From contig CAVTQK010000015.1 of the NCBI GenBank assembly GCA_963736855.1, positions 727,345-791,344 on the forward strand: a stretch of DNA of 64,000 nucleotides, written 5' to 3'. Positions within the stretch are counted from its first letter, which is position 1. Each line of letters begins with the position of its first letter. This document shows positions 63,813 through 64,000 of this stretch, piece after piece. The translations under genes were made by a program, and so were the position numbers. The stretch is from an uncultured delta proteobacterium (lineage in GTDB: Bacteria; Desulfobacterota; Desulfobacteria; Desulfobacterales; UBA2156). Below the pieces are notes generated by a model that did no database searches, was not told the DNA's origin, and was given only the letters and a program-made list of their open reading frames with translations.

Positions 63813-64000
63813 GGCGCCGCAATCTACTCCTGGACCCCCCGCACACCCCTGGAATTTCGGGAGGGAGTGAAGACCGGGGCGGGTTGCGTCCGTCCTCCGG
63901 CAGGCCGGGCAAAGCCGTGCTTTACAGGTTTTACATCTCTGCGTCGCGTCATTTTCTTTCGTTGACAACCCGGGTCGGAACGGGTTGTTTGCTCGCTCCA

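Noticed and set aside
7614..64000. Many very long alternative ORFs (e.g. 8013..11237 +, 13778..17044 -, 31150..34650 -, 61245..63965 +)
   Set aside because: Arg/Gly/Pro-rich shadow frames expected in >70% GC DNA; they overlap well-supported genes and carry no motifs

Overview
The window is a composite of two different DNAs. Bases 1 to ~7645 are moderate-GC (one sampled 60-mer is 47% GC) and look Desulfobacterota/deltaproteobacterial. They hold a PAS-LuxR regulator, an ExeA-like AAA ATPase, a PEP-CTERM (choice-of-anchor N-like) surface protein with a sigma54/IHF/enhancer-type promoter, a FeeM-type N-acyl amino acid synthase, a LolA-like protein, a truncated outer-membrane barrel, a truncated MMPL/RND transporter and a truncated ThiF adenylyltransferase. 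Degenerate 7-bp tandem repeats fill several intergenic spaces. From ~7645 the DNA switches abruptly, in mid-gene, to very high GC (sampled 60-mer 80%) and is Anaeromyxobacter/myxobacterium-like. It carries M1, S46 and M49-like peptidases, pirin, a methyltransferase, an RND efflux triad, carbonic anhydrase, a dcu-aspA-ansB-dcaP/aspT Asn/Asp module, an acyl-CoA ligase, an esterase + ATP-grasp pair, a Tsx-like channel + uraA, argJ, an Mla/Pqi ABC system, a barrel-GDPD-barrel operon, a cbb3 oxidase operon with an FNR-like box, and housekeeping genes. Many conserved genes are broken by single-base indels, some compensating, which points to uncorrected long-read error, not pseudogenisation. At least three gene-breaking junctions (~5688, ~7645, ~26042; possibly ~7115) suggest chimeric assembly or deletions. 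No rRNA, tRNA, CRISPR array, integrase or transposase was recognised. Family names come from motif recognition by eye, not database searches.
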